A stretch of 64,000 nucleotides of DNA, taken from positions 609,532 to 673,531 of the forward strand of contig OZ241918.1 of NCBI GenBank assembly GCA_965203915.1, read 5' to 3'. Position 1 is the stretch's first letter. Each line of letters begins with the position of its first letter. Made by a program: the position numbers and the translations under genes. The notes beneath the pieces were generated by a model that saw only the letters and a program-made list of their open reading frames with translations, had not been told where the DNA came from and did not search any database. The stretch comes from Alphaproteobacteria bacterium (lineage in GTDB: Bacteria; Pseudomonadota; Alphaproteobacteria; JASGCL01). Positions 42,501-51,614 of the stretch are shown one piece after another.

Positions 42501-45500
42501 CGGATCCTTTTGTTGAAGGGATAAATTCTGGCTATTGGTTAACGGGTGGCGATGCCTCGCTTTTTAATATTAATTCATATGGTCGGTTATCATTAAAACA
42601 AACGATAGATTATGACACCACAGGCGTGTGGTGGCAGGACAGGGATAGGCAATGGCATAATCCTGACCACCGTTATTCGGTGGTGGTGAATGCCTGGAAC
42701 GGGTCGGCCCCCACCGTCAATCAAGTATTTATCATAACCGTAACCAACGTGAATGATAACCCGACCAATTTTGCATGGGCGCAGCAGCCGTTAGGGGTTA
42801 ATCAATGGCGGAATGCGGCGAATGGACCCATAAGCGTTAATGTTAATGAAAACAATGCTATTGGCATGGCGGTGGGGCAGTTCGCGGCAACGGACGGCGA
42901 TTGGGCGATGGTAACCTACAGTTTGAGTGGCGCGGACGCGGGGTATTTTAATATCAACAACAATGGCACGGTGACCCTGATATCAAGATTGGATTATGAA
43001 GATAGTGCCCATACGGCAAAAAATTATAGCGTGGTGGTAACGGCGACGCCGACCGATGGCAGCTCAGCGGTTATTAGTTTATTTGTGTTGTCGTTAAATA
43101 ATGTGGATGATAATCCCACAGCTTGGAGTTCGACTCCGATAACAGGTATAGCGGTTGATGAAAAAATAGGAATAACCAAGATGGTAACCCTTGGCGTTGC
43201 GTCCGCTATCGCTACCTTCAAGGCACTTGATGCCGACGGACAATTTGTAAATTATGCGCTGGATGGGACGGATAAATGGATGTTCAGCATCGATGGTAAT
43301 GGGGTGTTATATAGGAAATATGATGCGGATTATGAAACAAACAACCGTCAATTTTCTGTAACGATTTGGACTTGGGGTTCACCAGGCAACGGGGCGACAA
43401 CCTGGGGCGCGGGTATCAGCCAATTATTTGTTTTGACGGTGGCGGATGTTAATGAAGCCCCCGTTTTCAAATGGCAAGAACAACCATTCTGGGGGCAAGA
43501 TAGCACAGGGGTATCGAACTTAGGTTGGAGCAATGCGTCTTCCGCCATATTTGTTAACGCGCTTGAAAACAATTTGGTTGGGGCGGATGTAGCAAAATTC
43601 CTAGCGGTGGATAATGATGCGGGTGCCAGGGTAAACTATAGTTTAAGCGGCACCGACGCCAATTATTTTACCATCGACAGCAATGGGCGTTTGTATTTGC
43701 AGTCAAGTTTGGATTATGAAGATAGCGTTCATACGGCTAAAAATTACAGCGTCATTGTGCAAGCCATATCAACCGATGGCGGGCCAATGGTAAGTAATTT
43801 GGTTGTCGTTAATTTGCAAGATAGCGTCACCGAATTTAAATGGGGAACAACAACCAAATTACTTACCGAAGTAAGCGAAGCATCCGCCCTGGCGGGGCTT
43901 ACGGTGGCCGATTTCAATTTGACGGGAACAACCATTACCGAAGGGGTAAATGCGGGTTATTTGTTGGATAATAGACTTGCGGATAATGTGTTATTTACCA
44001 TCGATGCCAAAACTGGCATATTGCGGTTGGCTTATAACCGCGATTATGAAGGGGATAATACATGGCGCCCGAACCATCAATTCACCGCGGTTGTCACTGC
44101 TTGGCATAGCGGCGATGCTAATATCAGCCAAGTATTTATTTTGACGGTGGGTAATGTTAATGACAACCCAACATTATTCCAAGACCAAGGGCAACCATTG
44201 TGGGGCTATGATGCCAATGGGGTATCGAACCGAGGCTATGCCAAGGCTGGTGCGGCGGTGGTGGTTAACATAAGCGAAAATAATGCGGTGGGGATGCAGG
44301 TTGCCAAATTTAAAGCGGTTGATGGCGACGTTGGCGCGTTGGTAAACTATAGTTTAAGCGGCACCGACGCCAATTATTTTAGCATCGACAGCAATGGGCG
44401 TTTGTATTTGCAATCAAGTTTGGATTATGAAAGCACCAGCCGCGTCGGGAAAACTTACAGCGTGGTGGTGCAGGCCGCATCAAACGATGGCAGCCCATCG
44501 ATAAACAATGTGTTTGTGGTTAGCGTTCAAAATAATAATAATGAGTTTGGCTGGACTGCTGCCCCCTCGGCCATATCTTTTGCCTATGGCACCGACATTG
44601 CTGCCATCTCGCTAGCAGATTTTAATATTGGTGCGGTCGATGGTTCGGCCAGTTTTAGCGAAGGAGGACCCAATTCAGCCTATTGGCTAACGGGCGCCGA
44701 TGCCACGTTATTTAATATTGATGCGAAAACGGGGATATTAAAATTGGCACAGCCGCGTGATTATGGCTTGGATGATACATGGCGCCCCACCCACAATTTT
44801 TCGGTGGTGGTGAATGCGTGGCATGCGGGCGCGGCGGCAAATATAAGCCAAATGTTCGTGTTATCGGTTAAAACGGACGCGGTGTGGGCGGCAAGGACGC
44901 CATCGGGCTTCATCAGCGAAAACAATACCGCCAACCTGTTGGTTGCGCAATTTTCGGCCTTTGACAATGCTGCCAATTTGCAAATGACCTATAGTTTGAG
45001 CGGCACCGATGCCAATTATTTTAGCCTTGATAAAGTCAGTGGAAATTTGATTCTTAAATCAAGTTTGGATTATGACGATACCACGCACCCTGCAAAATAT
45101 TATAGCGTGATAGTTAAGGCGAGTTCAGTTGGTGGTATATCGATTGTTGATTCGTTTGTTTTGTCGGTGGGTAATCTTAATGATAATCCTGTCATCTTTA
45201 CCTCGGCGACGGGGGCGGTGTCCTTGCGCCTTAGCGAAAATAATGTTGCGGGAATCCAGGTCGCCGATTTTGCAGCAACCGATCGCGATGCGGGCGCGGT
45301 CATTTCGCAATATAAAATAATCGGTGATGATAGTAATTATTTTACCATCACCAACAATGGCGCGCTTATTTTAAAATCGGCGTTGGATTCTGAAAACCCT
45401 AACCATCGTGCGCAATATTACAGCGTGGTGGTGCAGGCGATATCAAGCGATGGTAGCATGGCCAGTAATATATTTGTGTTATCGCTCGACAATGTTAATG

Positions 45501-48500
45501 ATAATCCCTTGCGGTTTGTTTCTGCCACGGCGGCGACCGTTGTTAATGTAGATGAAAATAATGCCGCTGGTTTGCAAGTAGGGAATTTTGCCGCGCAGGA
45601 TGCCGATGTTGGTGCGACGGTCAGTGGTTATAGCCTAACGGGTGCTGATAGTAATTATTTTAGCATTATCAACAATGGTCTATTGATTTTGAAATCAAGT
45701 TTGGATGCGGAGGATGCCAACCATAGCCAAACTTTCTACAGCATTGGGGTTATTGCAACCGCCACCGATGGCAGCGCAGTAAGCAGCAGTTTCATTTTGT
45801 CGTTGGGCAATGTGAACGATAATGGCGTAACATTTGTTTCGGCAACTGCCCCAGTCTCTATATTTGTTAGCGAAAACAATGCCATCAATGCCGAGGTTGC
45901 CAATTTTGGGGCAAGCGACGGCGATGTGGGCGAGACCATTATCAACTATGCCCTATTCGGTGCCGATAAAAACTTTTTTGACATAGATAACGCAGGACGT
46001 ATAAGGTTAAGATACAGCCTAGATTACGAAGATACAAAACACACTAGATATTACAGCGTCGGCGTCTTGGCGGTATCCAGCGATGGTAATTCGGCGCTTA
46101 ATTCTTTCGTGTTTTCGGTGGCCGATGTAAACGAACCAGTGCAATGGAGCAATGCCAACAGCCATCCCGCAACGGGCAGTGTGGCTGAAACCTATGGCAA
46201 AGTGGCATATGTGTCGCCTGGACAAAGTTATCCCGCCGACCTGGTTGTGCCCGCGTCATCTTTTGATTACAGCCAAGGCAAGACTTTGGATACCGCCGCC
46301 GAGCCAGTTCATTATGTTGGTAGTTTGATACGATTACCCTTCAGTTTGGTTATAAGGGGCACCGCGGATAAACAAGCTCGCGTTGTGCTTTATAATGACG
46401 ATGCAACCTACACCCAAAGGGGTGGTGCAAGCGACGGGGCGCAGGCCACGGGCAGCGCAGCCTATAGCTATACCCTGGCTGCGGGCTCGGTCATAGCTGG
46501 CTATGGTATTTTTGATAGAGGCGCGGGCGGTTACCTCAAGGCTGATAATATGAATGGTTTAACCATCCCTGCCAACACGCGGATCTTAGATATCAACGAA
46601 CAGGGTGATTATTTCCTTGTTAATATTACTGGGGCGCAGAATTTTTTCTTTACTGCCGCTGACCCTGACGGCACCCCTGTTAGTTATTCGCTTATGGGTG
46701 TTGAGGCCAGCAACTTTAGCATCGTTAGCGATTTTAATAACATACGCGGCGTGGGACGGTTATTTTATAACGGCGTTTTGGATTATGACGGCACCAGCAT
46801 TACCCACACCGTGACGGTTGTCGCCAGTTCAGGGGGGCACAGCACCAGCCAATTGTTTGTTTTATCGGTGACGAATGTGAACGACGAACAAACCTATTGG
46901 GTTCTGCATCCCTCACGCGCCATTATTGTGGAAACGTCAGCCACCGCGGGGTTATCCATCGCTCATTTCCAAGCGAACGATTACGACCGTCCACCCCCTG
47001 GCGACAACGCAACCCAAATTACCTATGGGTTGAGCGGCGCCGATGCTAATTTATTTAGTATTAATTCTAGCGGCGATTTAAGCTTAAGAACCACGCTTCC
47101 CTCCCCCGTTGTTAAATCGCTTTATACGGTTATAGTGTTGGCGGGTGGTGTATATGGCGGTGCCCCCATTGGCTATTGGGGACAGCAATCATTAAGGTCA
47201 GAAATATTTGTTTTGAGCGTTCAAAATATTAACGACCAAGCAACCAGTTGGGTGCAGCGTCCAGCCTCCGCCATTATTTCAGAAAATAATGGTGCGGGGA
47301 TCACGGTAGCAAATTTTGTGGTAACCGATGCCGATGGCGCGGGGGTAAGTTATTGGCTGACAGGGGTCGACAATAATTTATTTAGCATGAGCACAAGCGG
47401 CAGATTGCATGTTGTATCGGCGTTGGATTACGAAGCAACCTACAACGGGCATAATGGCCGTGTATTTAGCGTGACAGTGAATGCCATCGGGGTGGATGGT
47501 GGTGCGGGCGTCGGCGCAGGGGCGGTAGCCATCACGCAATTATTTGTGCTGACGGTGAGTAATGTGGATGATAATGCCACGGTGTGGAGTTCGACCCCCG
47601 CCACGGGAATAGCGATTGATGAAAAGTCAGGTGTGGCTGGCGCGCCAGCCTTGGCGACCGTGGTAAGTATCGCGGATTTCGGCGCGATGGATGCCGATGG
47701 TCAGATTGTGAATTATTCCATCAGCAACACCAGCGATTCGTGGGCATTCAGTATCAACAGCAGTGGTGTGTTGTTCCGTAAGAATGATTTTGATTTTGAA
47801 AGCATTGCATTGGGACAATATTTTGGGCCACGCCAGAAATTTTCGGTGACAGTAAATGCTTGGAGCACGCCAGGTAATGGTATCACGACCAACGGTGCGG
47901 CCATCAGCCAATTGTTTGTTTTGACGATTAATGATGTGAATGAACCCACCAATTTTTCTAGCACACCAAGCACGGGTATCGCCGTTAGCGAAAACAATGT
48001 CGTGGGGCTAACGGTGGGTAGTTTCCGCGCGTTTGATGGCGATGGGGTTGCGGTAACATATAGCCTTGGCGGCACCGATGCGACATACTTCAGCATTGAT
48101 ACAAATGGTAATTTAAAATTAAGATCAGTTTTGGATTTTGAAGATAGTGCCCATACGGCAAAAAATTACAGCGTGGTGGTGCAGGCAACATCGACCGATG
48201 GCGGTGCCACGATTAGCAGTGCGTTTGTGTTGTCGTTGGGTAATGTTGCGGGGGCAAGCCATGCCGACCACACGGCATACATCGACGGCACCACGGCGAC
48301 CCATGCGGTGAATGTGGGTGGCATTATTGGTCATGACGATGCGGGTAATATTGATTATGCCAATGTGCAATTCCACGGCGTCAATTACACCGATAAGGTT
48401 ATTACGCACAATGTTGCCCCCGATGGTTTACAATCAACCACGGTGGATTATGTGGTGCGCGGGATTAGCGATTTGGAAAGTTTGAGGATAAGCTTCAACG

Positions 48501-48826
48501 GCTTCACCGACACGGACGGTAGCCAACGCAACCATTGGTTCTTCGTCCAGGATGATGCCACCGACCACAGCGGGCATATTGTGTTTGACGCCGATGGGCA
48601 GAATGTGAATTTGCATGCTTTGAACGATGGCGGTGGTTTAGCAACTTCTGACCAAATTAATTTGCTGGCTGGTTCGAACTACGGCATTGATGGCGACTTT
48701 GCCAAACCAACCGATCTGAATTTGAACTTGGCCTCCGACCCATTGCATCAAAACATCGCGGGGGCATTAACCTTCGACCAATTCCTCGCCCTCCTCGGCG
48801 GCAGTCAGCATATCAGTTTTGTTTAG
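39590..48826 (+). CDS. Giant cadherin-repeat protein E (3078 aa) with one inserted non-cadherin domain
   Basis: Intact ORF, start MDYSWK after AAGGGA. More diverged repeats than in A-D. Insert at ~46193-46633. Conserved C-terminal domain at 48260-48826. Confidence 0.93.
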   Translation: MDYSWKNAGGGGSLIKENTPAGAVLATFVAQDPWAGDAFYYTLSGADAWAFSIDLYGRLYLKYDRDYEGDTWRPNRQFSVIVNAYNDAGAWQAATPFILSVANVIEAPTFQRQQQPIGYNVWSQADTPMYVNVVENNAAGMQVGKFLALDKETGGKVNYSLAGRDSSYFSIDNSGRLFLVSSLNYEDASHSKKYYGVAVKATSLDGIAVSNLFVVSLQNNSNEFAWTNNPIGLDISETAALAGASLANFDIGAVDGSNPVIEGGNDSWYWLTNGDTWAFEIDGKTGVLRLKYQLDYEGVNSWRPDHRFSVVVNAWRNGGDNISQLFVLTVADVNEAPVFQWQLQPFWGQNSAGAWNNWAAASDTRYLNIAENNAGAGSQVAKFQAVDPDIGARVTYDVVGTDAAYFSIDSNGRLYLASNLDYESAHAGKVYSVVVTAKSTDASPAITNLVVITLGNVDDNATAWNVSPTTGIAVNETTGITNTVVRPTLESLANFSAVDADGQTVKYALSGDSWMFSIDGNGVLYRTRNVDYETNQRQFSVTVWAWGAKNTGGITNEGAGIGKLFILTINNVNEFTTGFTWAQQPMWGQNSAGAWNNWAAASDTRFVNVSENNAVGVAVGQFAATDGDGVAVNYSLSGADAGYFSINNNGTLSLISRLDYESAHAKNYSVTVTATSIDGSAAVNSLFVVSLQDNTKEFGWVGNNLTGVAISETAALVGVTVADFNIAALDNGPSFVEGTGSGYWLADRVADNWAFNINQQTGVLKLVFERDYESEHSWRPDHRFTAVVGAWRDGGGTMTQVFVLTVADVNEAPAFQWQPQPLWGQDSKGGWNNWAAASDTRYLNITENNIVGLQVAKFQAVDPDIGARVTYSLGGADAAYFTINANGALSLKSSLNYEDSNHADKVYSVVVNAKSTDGGSDFASNLVVITLNNDPNEFGWINRPRGIILSETATLPGTVIADFNIGPQDNSDPFVEGINSGYWLTGGDASLFNINSYGRLSLKQTIDYDTTGVWWQDRDRQWHNPDHRYSVVVNAWNGSAPTVNQVFIITVTNVNDNPTNFAWAQQPLGVNQWRNAANGPISVNVNENNAIGMAVGQFAATDGDWAMVTYSLSGADAGYFNINNNGTVTLISRLDYEDSAHTAKNYSVVVTATPTDGSSAVISLFVLSLNNVDDNPTAWSSTPITGIAVDEKIGITKMVTLGVASAIATFKALDADGQFVNYALDGTDKWMFSIDGNGVLYRKYDADYETNNRQFSVTIWTWGSPGNGATTWGAGISQLFVLTVADVNEAPVFKWQEQPFWGQDSTGVSNLGWSNASSAIFVNALENNLVGADVAKFLAVDNDAGARVNYSLSGTDANYFTIDSNGRLYLQSSLDYEDSVHTAKNYSVIVQAISTDGGPMVSNLVVVNLQDSVTEFKWGTTTKLLTEVSEASALAGLTVADFNLTGTTITEGVNAGYLLDNRLADNVLFTIDAKTGILRLAYNRDYEGDNTWRPNHQFTAVVTAWHSGDANISQVFILTVGNVNDNPTLFQDQGQPLWGYDANGVSNRGYAKAGAAVVVNISENNAVGMQVAKFKAVDGDVGALVNYSLSGTDANYFSIDSNGRLYLQSSLDYESTSRVGKTYSVVVQAASNDGSPSINNVFVVSVQNNNNEFGWTAAPSAISFAYGTDIAAISLADFNIGAVDGSASFSEGGPNSAYWLTGADATLFNIDAKTGILKLAQPRDYGLDDTWRPTHNFSVVVNAWHAGAAANISQMFVLSVKTDAVWAARTPSGFISENNTANLLVAQFSAFDNAANLQMTYSLSGTDANYFSLDKVSGNLILKSSLDYDDTTHPAKYYSVIVKASSVGGISIVDSFVLSVGNLNDNPVIFTSATGAVSLRLSENNVAGIQVADFAATDRDAGAVISQYKIIGDDSNYFTITNNGALILKSALDSENPNHRAQYYSVVVQAISSDGSMASNIFVLSLDNVNDNPLRFVSATAATVVNVDENNAAGLQVGNFAAQDADVGATVSGYSLTGADSNYFSIINNGLLILKSSLDAEDANHSQTFYSIGVIATATDGSAVSSSFILSLGNVNDNGVTFVSATAPVSIFVSENNAINAEVANFGASDGDVGETIINYALFGADKNFFDIDNAGRIRLRYSLDYEDTKHTRYYSVGVLAVSSDGNSALNSFVFSVADVNEPVQWSNANSHPATGSVAETYGKVAYVSPGQSYPADLVVPASSFDYSQGKTLDTAAEPVHYVGSLIRLPFSLVIRGTADKQARVVLYNDDATYTQRGGASDGAQATGSAAYSYTLAAGSVIAGYGIFDRGAGGYLKADNMNGLTIPANTRILDINEQGDYFLVNITGAQNFFFTAADPDGTPVSYSLMGVEASNFSIVSDFNNIRGVGRLFYNGVLDYDGTSITHTVTVVASSGGHSTSQLFVLSVTNVNDEQTYWVLHPSRAIIVETSATAGLSIAHFQANDYDRPPPGDNATQITYGLSGADANLFSINSSGDLSLRTTLPSPVVKSLYTVIVLAGGVYGGAPIGYWGQQSLRSEIFVLSVQNINDQATSWVQRPASAIISENNGAGITVANFVVTDADGAGVSYWLTGVDNNLFSMSTSGRLHVVSALDYEATYNGHNGRVFSVTVNAIGVDGGAGVGAGAVAITQLFVLTVSNVDDNATVWSSTPATGIAIDEKSGVAGAPALATVVSIADFGAMDADGQIVNYSISNTSDSWAFSINSSGVLFRKNDFDFESIALGQYFGPRQKFSVTVNAWSTPGNGITTNGAAISQLFVLTINDVNEPTNFSSTPSTGIAVSENNVVGLTVGSFRAFDGDGVAVTYSLGGTDATYFSIDTNGNLKLRSVLDFEDSAHTAKNYSVVVQATSTDGGATISSAFVLSLGNVAGASHADHTAYIDGTTATHAVNVGGIIGHDDAGNIDYANVQFHGVNYTDKVITHNVAPDGLQSTTVDYVVRGISDLESLRISFNGFTDTDGSQRNHWFFVQDDATDHSGHIVFDADGQNVNLHALNDGGGLATSDQINLLAGSNYGIDGDFAKPTDLNLNLASDPLHQNIAGALTFDQFLALLGGSQHISFV

Positions 48827-49025
48827 GCGAAGCTGCAGCCTATCCATTATATCATTCACGGTTATAAATTTTGTGCCACGGTGTGGGCTCAAATTCCTTT
48901 TATGGCAATAAAATTTTTGCTTGCAAAATCTTTTTGCAAAAGATAGAGAAGAGCAATAGAAATAAGGCTCATTATAAAAAAAGAAAAATTCTCTCATAAA
49001 TAACCATGAATGGTAGGGCAAAATA

Positions 49026-51511
49026 ATGGAAAAAAATACTAACAGATCTGGCAAACAACGCACCATGCGGGCGGTCGTCATTGGTGGCGGCGTGAACGGC
49101 GTTTCGGCACTTTATCATTTGGCTAAAAAAGGTTGGAAAGATGTTTTGCTTATCGAACGCACCGAATTGACCGCGGGGTCAACATGGCACGCGGCGGGGT
49201 TGTTGCCATTGTTTAACATGAGTTATTCGGTTGGTCAGTTGCATCAATATTCGGTCGAATTGTATAAAAGATTGGAAAAAGAAACGGGGCAGGAGGTTGG
49301 TTTTCACCAAACGGGTAATTTGCGATTGGCGCGGGTGCGCGACAGGTTGGATGAATATAAAAATTATCAATGCACCGCCGAAACCATCGGGGTGGAATGT
49401 CATATCATTGGGGTTGATGAAATTAAAAAACTTTGGCCATTGGCCAACATGGATGGTTTGATTGGCGCCCTGTGGCACCCCACCGACGGGCATATTGCCC
49501 CGGTCGATGTTACCATGGCCCTGGCGAAGGGCGCACGGGCGTTGGGCGCGACCATTGAACAAAATAAAATGGTGGTGGGGATAGAACGCACCGATTCCGC
49601 CGAATGGAAAATTATAACCGAAACCAAAGATGGCGAACGCGAAGAAATTTTGTGCGAACATGTTATTTGCGCCACGGGTAATTACGCGCGCCAAACCGCG
49701 TTGATGGTTGGGTTGCAAATTCCCGCCATTCCCGTTGAACACCAATATATTGTTTACGATGTTGACCCCGTGTTAAAAAAATACCGCGAAGCGGGCAATA
49801 AAGAATTGCCCATTTTGCGCGAACCCGATGCCCAATATTATTTCCGTGAAGAACGCAATGGTTGGATTTTAGGGCCATATGAACGCAACGCCCCCGCACG
49901 ATTTGTTGACGGCGTTGACCCAGGTTTTGAAAAAGATTTGTTCCCTGGCGATTTGGACCGTTTGTTACCGCATGTCGAGGCCGTGATGCACCGCGTGCCG
50001 TCGTTAGAACATGTTGGGGTGAAAAATGTTGTGAATGGTCCTATTTCCTACGCGCCCGATGGCAACCCCATGGTGGGTCCCGCCTTTGGCTTGCCCAATT
50101 TTTGGATATCGGAAGGCCATAGTTTTGGCATCACCGCCGCGGGTGGCGCGGGGTGGCAATTGGCACAATGGATTGTTGATGGTCAACCGTCGGTCGACAT
50201 GATTGGCGTTGACCCACGGCGGTTTGGCGTGGTGTCGAAAAAATTTACCAAAATTAAAAACGAAGAAGCCTACGAACATGTTTTTATTATTCATTACCCG
50301 CACGAAGAAAAACCAAAGGGTCGCCCCGCGAAAACCATGCCCTGTTATCGCGACATGGCGGATGCTGGCGCGGTGTGGGGACAAAATTTTGGCTGGGAAC
50401 GGCCGTTGTATTTTTCAACTTCCGACGATACCAAAAAAGACGATTGGTCTTTCCGCCGCCCCAAATGGTTTAACACCGTGGGGAATGAAGTGCGCAAAAT
50501 GCGCGACGAAGTGGGGTTGATGGAACTTTCAACCTTCGCCAAATATATGGTCGAGGGGCGGGGGGCGCGGGCCTTCCTCGACCACATGGTCGCCAATGCT
50601 ATTCCAAAATCGATTGGCAAACTTAATTTGTGTCACGCGCTTTATCCGACGGGTTCTATCCGCGCCGAATTCACCATTTTGCGTTTGCCCGACGGTCATT
50701 ATGGCGAACGTTTTTATGTGGTGGGGCCGTCGCGCACCCATGACATCGACTGGGATTTCTTACAAAAAAATCACCCGAAGGATGGCTCGTTTTCTTAACC
50801 GACATGACCACCACCAACGGCGTGTTTATTTTGGCGGGGCCAAAATCGCGCGATGTGTTGCAAGAATTGGCGGATGCTGATTTGTCGAACGGGGCTTTCC
50901 CCTGGCTTTCGGGGCGCGACATACCCGTTGGGTTTTGCCCCAATGTGCGGGCGTTGCGGGTTAACTTCGTTGGTTCGTTGGGGTGGGAATTGCATCACCC
51001 GATTGAATATCAATTGCACCTGTATCGTGCAATTATGGATGCTGGCAAAAAACATAACATCGGGCTGGTCGGCATGCGCGCCATGGAATCGATGCGGTTG
51101 GAAAAAACCTATCGCCTGTTTGGCACCGACCTTAATGCTGAAAATACTATATTGGAGGCTGACCTTGGCCGTTTTGTTCGCTTGAACAAGGGAAATTTTG
51201 TGGGGCAAGAGGCTTTGGTGAAGCAACAGGCGGCGGGCGTGCCACGCAAATATGTCACGATAGAAATTGACGCGGCCGACGCCGACAGTTTTGGTAACGA
51301 ACCAGTGTTTATTGGCAACGAAGTGGTGGGTCGCGGCACGGCGGGCGGTTATGGTCATTATGTTAAAAAATCGTTGATGTTGGGTTATGTCAATACCCAA
51401 CATGCCGCGGTTGGCACCAAATGCAAAGTGCGCATATTGGGCGAATTACGCGACGCCAAAATTGTCGCCGAGAGTCCGTATGACCCCGAGAACAACGCCC
51501 TGAGGGGGTAG
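49026..51511 (+). CDS. GcvT-family FAD-dependent oxidoreductase (dimethylglycine/sarcosine dehydrogenase-like), frameshifted at ~50790
   Basis: VVIGGGVNG FAD motif, LTAGSTWHAAG, NGPISYAPDG and GWERP in 49026-50798. Aminomethyltransferase half (GWELHHP, SMRLEK, SPYDPEN) in 50804-51511. One added base restores a continuous frame (DGSxFLTDMT). Confidence 0.88.
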
Positions 51512-51614
51512 GTTCTTTGCGCGTGGATTTTTCGACAGACGGCAATTTGCTGTTCGCAAGATATTTGCAAACGCCCTATAAATCGTTTATTAAATAACGT
51601 GGGGCAATGGGACA

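Noticed and set aside
305-48616. Dozens of recurring 60-150 aa antisense and alternate-frame ORFs (MLSMLNIPAV..., MASVPPRPY..., MNSALALHG...)
   Set aside because: They are shadows of the repeated cadherin coding sequence, recurring at the repeat period, with no independent RBS or protein features.
1-48826. Shufflon or invertase-type switching
   Set aside because: All modules are in direct orientation, with no inverted cassettes and no recombinase gene in the window.
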